A DNA stretch of 64,000 nucleotides, taken from Macrostomum hystrix (taxonomy: Eukaryota; Animalia; Platyhelminthes). Positions 61,158-64,000 of the stretch are shown piece by piece (positions within the stretch are counted from its first letter, which is position 1; each line of letters starts with the position of its first letter). The stretch covers positions 5,208,001-5,272,000 of the forward strand of contig CATNEN010000007.1 of NCBI GenBank assembly GCA_950097015.1, in the 5' to 3' direction. A program made the translations under genes and the position numbers. Below the pieces are notes generated by a model. That model did no database searches. It saw nothing but the letters and a program-made list of their open reading frames with translations, and had not been told where the DNA came from.

Positions 61158-62210
61158 CAGTAGGCGGGTCACGCGCAAACTGTAGGCCATCGTGTGAAAT
61201 GAACAAGCAGCGGAGCAGCTCACAGATTGGGCCAATAGTGCACGAGGTGTGACAGGGAGGGGGTGGGTGTCGTGCCCCACTCTCTCTCTTTGCTGAGTTC
61301 TTGTATTTTAGCCGCGCTTATTAATCATAATCCACTACTCAGTAACCCCCCAGCTTAGTTGAGCAATACGTAATTCGTGTCATTGGGCAATGGGCATTAC
61401 AGAAGTGTCAATATGGATCGTGTTCGCAAAATCCAACAGAGCTGCTGCAATCAGAGTTTGACAGGGCCATTGTGAGGTCTTCATTCTCTGAAACTATGCT
61501 AGGCGTCCCACACCCACATGTGTGAGTAGGGTGCAGCTGAGCTGCTGTCTGTTGGCGCTGCAGTTAAGATTTCGTTCGGCCTTGGTGTTAGTCAATCTCT
61601 CTCTCTTGTTCTCTCCTTCCTTGTCTCCCTAATCACGGCACAGCCATTTGTCCCCCCACTAAGCCGCCGAGCAAATGCTGCGTGAAATCGAGTAATGAAG
61701 CTGCTGCACTGAGTTCAGTACCGCCTGCATAGGTAATCCCCTTTCGCCTCCCTGTCCCGTCTTCTATTAGGGTGCGGGAGTTTATTATGCAAAAGAGGCC
61801 ATTGTCACACCTGACTGAGGGAGGATTGCAGCCAGTAAGAGTTACTGCCTATGAATACCGGCTTTTGTAAATGTTATTAATGACACAAGTGCGCGCTTGG
61901 CTCTGTGAGTCCGTGCAGAGCAGCCGAGGAAACTTCGAGTTCACTTCTGGGTGGCCAATCACCGCCTGTGGAGGATCTGGGAGAAGGATTATTTAGGGAA
62001 TTAAGGATTTTTATAAAGGGAAGAGTTTTCTAATATATATTAATTCCATTCTTTGAAACTTCTCGTGTGGTCGACTATGATTCAGGACGATGATTTGACG
62101 TTGATTCAGGAGAGACTTTGGGCTTCAGGCATGCTAGCTTCAGGAAAGTAGACATTCGGCTTCAAGGGAGGCATCGAGGGTCTCAGGTGTTGAGTCTAAA
62201 CAAGCCACTA

Positions 62211-62591
62211 AAAATAAGGGGTGAGTGGCAGAGCGGTTAACGCGTTTGCCTTTCGCACCAAGGTCCCTGACCTCGATTCCGCGGCGAGGCCGCATTCATT
62301 TGGGGCGCAGCCGCGGAGAGAAGGCTTGGGGGCTTGTCGTACAATTTACGCCCTTGAGGGCCAACCTCCAAGGCACAGTGAATTGTACACTGCCTGACGA
62401 TGAGAAAGTCAGTGCTGTACACCCACAGGATGTACACACCTGTGTGAGCGTATGCCTGCGTACAGTATTTGTGTGCGTGTGTGCTCCGGAGTCAGCGGAA
62501 TGGGCAGAATTGCCTCCTCGCTGGCAGCGGGTCTGGTGTCACCAAATCATTTGCGATTGCCCGCAGCCCTCCTGCAATTCTAATTATTATT
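62211..62591 (+). mobile_element. Full-length tRNA-derived SINE with target-site duplication
   Basis: A box TGGCAGAGCGG (62226-62236), degenerate B box CCTCGATTCC, (ATT)n tail, and an exact 9-bp flanking direct repeat AAGCCACTA (62202-62210 and 62592-62600). A second copy lies at 48326-48622. Confidence 0.88.
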
Positions 62592-62601
62592 AAGCCACTA
62601 T

Positions 62602-62708
62602 GATTCCACCGTAGGCAGAAGGAAGTTCAGGAAAACCAGTCCAAGCGAAGTGCACGGTGCTCACCTACGAGCGAATTCGAACCAAGGACCTTCGATTGTC
62701 AGCTAAAT
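62602..62708 (-). mobile_element. Fragment of another tRNA-related SINE head
   Basis: The minus strand reads GCTGACAATCGAAGGTCCTTGGTTCGAATTCG, resembling an anticodon arm plus B box. The 5' part is missing. Confidence 0.45.
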
Positions 62709-63824
62709 TAAGATAGGAACTTCTTTCAGTCTCATTTGGAGGTCACGTGGTTCCCTGTGTATCGACATTCCGAAACGCGATCCGAAACGCTAGCACCGAG
62801 TCTGCAGCGCACCCAATAATGATAATTAGAGCAGCACAAAGAGCAGCGAATCAACAAGCAACTCTGACGCAAATCATTAACTCCAGCTGCACGGCTCACT
62901 GCCACCTCAGCAAATGGATTAAAGGCGCTCTGTTCCGCTGGCGGCCTGACAGGTGGGGGCGCTGACCCCCTCCCGCCCCTGTCCGCTACTCAATCGTCGA
63001 TTAGACCAAGCGGAACGGGCGACTTCCTCACGAGCCGAACCCCGTGGAGATCTCAACTTTGAAGATCCGACAGCCGAGTCGGTCTCAAAGGATTTATAGT
63101 GCGCGTACTTGTACCAGTAGAGCATTGCTGAGAGAAGCCCTTTGACGCAGCTCGAGCCTTGAATAGGCCAAGGACTCTGCTGGATCGCAAAGGATTAAAA
63201 GTCCTCAACAGGCGACACGACTTTGCCGCAGGCGCACAGCTCTTGGTCGTGCTTGGTTGCGGCTGGCTACAATTTTTCGCTACTCTACTGTATTTATAAT
63301 TGTTTACTAGCTGAAGGCTTCATTTTAAACTAGTTAGTTCTCCGCTTCAAGCATTGCAAGCAAACACATACAGGGCAGGGTAGTGAATGGAGTCATAAAA
63401 GTCCAGTAAGTTTAGTCTCTGATCTAATCCGGAAGCGGCAAGCTTCAAATAACACATAGATTCCAAAGAGCTGGGACTGCATTCAGTGAGCTGGTGTCGT
63501 AAAATTGCGCTTATAAGGAAACAAGAAAGGCGACTTTAAGAGGCCTGCTCTAGAATGTGCGAGGCTATACAATACACGTAAGTAGTTCTTTCGATTCTTG
63601 TTTGGTATTTCTGTTTTCAGCATTGTAACTGAAACGTAATGAATTCACGAATTATGAATACTTTTCAAATTGTCAATAGCCAACACTTCATGTATGCCTG
63701 AAATAGACGAGATCATCATCAGAAATCTTGTTGGATCCTAAGGATGCTTTTTAGGATCTTTAGAATATTTTAGCCCGTCTTGAAGCTGGAAGCGACGTTC
63801 AGCAATGTGTATACGTTCCTCAGC

Positions 63825-64000
63825 AATCTGTATACGATCTTCAGGAATCTGTATATGATCTTTGGGAATCTGTATACGATCTGCGGGAATCTGTATACGA
63901 TCTTCGGGAATCTGTATACGATCTTCGGGAATCTGTATACGATCTTCGGGAATCTGTATACGATCTTCGGGAATCTGTATACGATCTTCGGGAATCTGTA
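63825..64000. repeat. 21-bp minisatellite (GGAATCTGTATACGATCTTCG)n, truncated by window end
   Basis: About 8 copies. Confidence 0.93.

Noticed and set aside
62385-62422. CTGACGA-TGA-GAAA-GTC as a minimal hammerhead ribozyme core
   Set aside because: Neither helix II nor helix III can form, and the core is not kept in the second copy (CTGACAATCGAAA).
62512-62525. GCCTCCTCGCTGGC, identical to the P3-L3 element of the HDV ribozyme, inside the SINE
   Set aside because: I found no upstream P1 partner, no correctly placed GG for P1.1 and no C-GAA J4/2. The following bases pair downstream in a simple stem-loop instead. A covariance-model search on the family consensus would settle it.
59346-64000. 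Search for the Elk first exon (MPV..GLLAPQNTFLDTI)
   Set aside because: Not found by eye on the minus strand; it presumably lies beyond the window.

Overview
Eukaryotic (invertebrate animal) genomic DNA with GC-rich exons and introns full of unrelated minisatellites. This style resembles the flatworm Macrostomum, but that is inference only. Four spliced protein-coding genes were reconstructed by hand with consistent splice phases. (1) A 5'-truncated, GPI-anchored melanotransferrin-like gene (+, 564-4049). (2) A complete ORMDL gene (-, 5695-6241). (3) A complete Mad/MXD-type SID-bHLH-ZIP repressor (+, 24334-39419). (4) A 5'-truncated Elk/Kv12 (KCNH) potassium channel (-, 43419-59345) containing a GC-AG intron. 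Also present: one tRNA-Gly(GCC), a PIF/Harbinger-type MITE with ~400-bp TIRs, an hAT MITE with an 8-bp TSD, tRNA-derived SINEs of at least two families, and more than 20 tandem-repeat arrays. Most long ORFs in the supplied track are repeat artefacts. There is no CRISPR array or prokaryotic system, and I found no clearly novel multi-gene system. The best leads are the non-canonical iron sites of the transferrin, a structured SINE family, the intron-by-intron GATC-rich minisatellites, and candidate alternative exons plus an S4 His-to-Asn change in the Elk channel.
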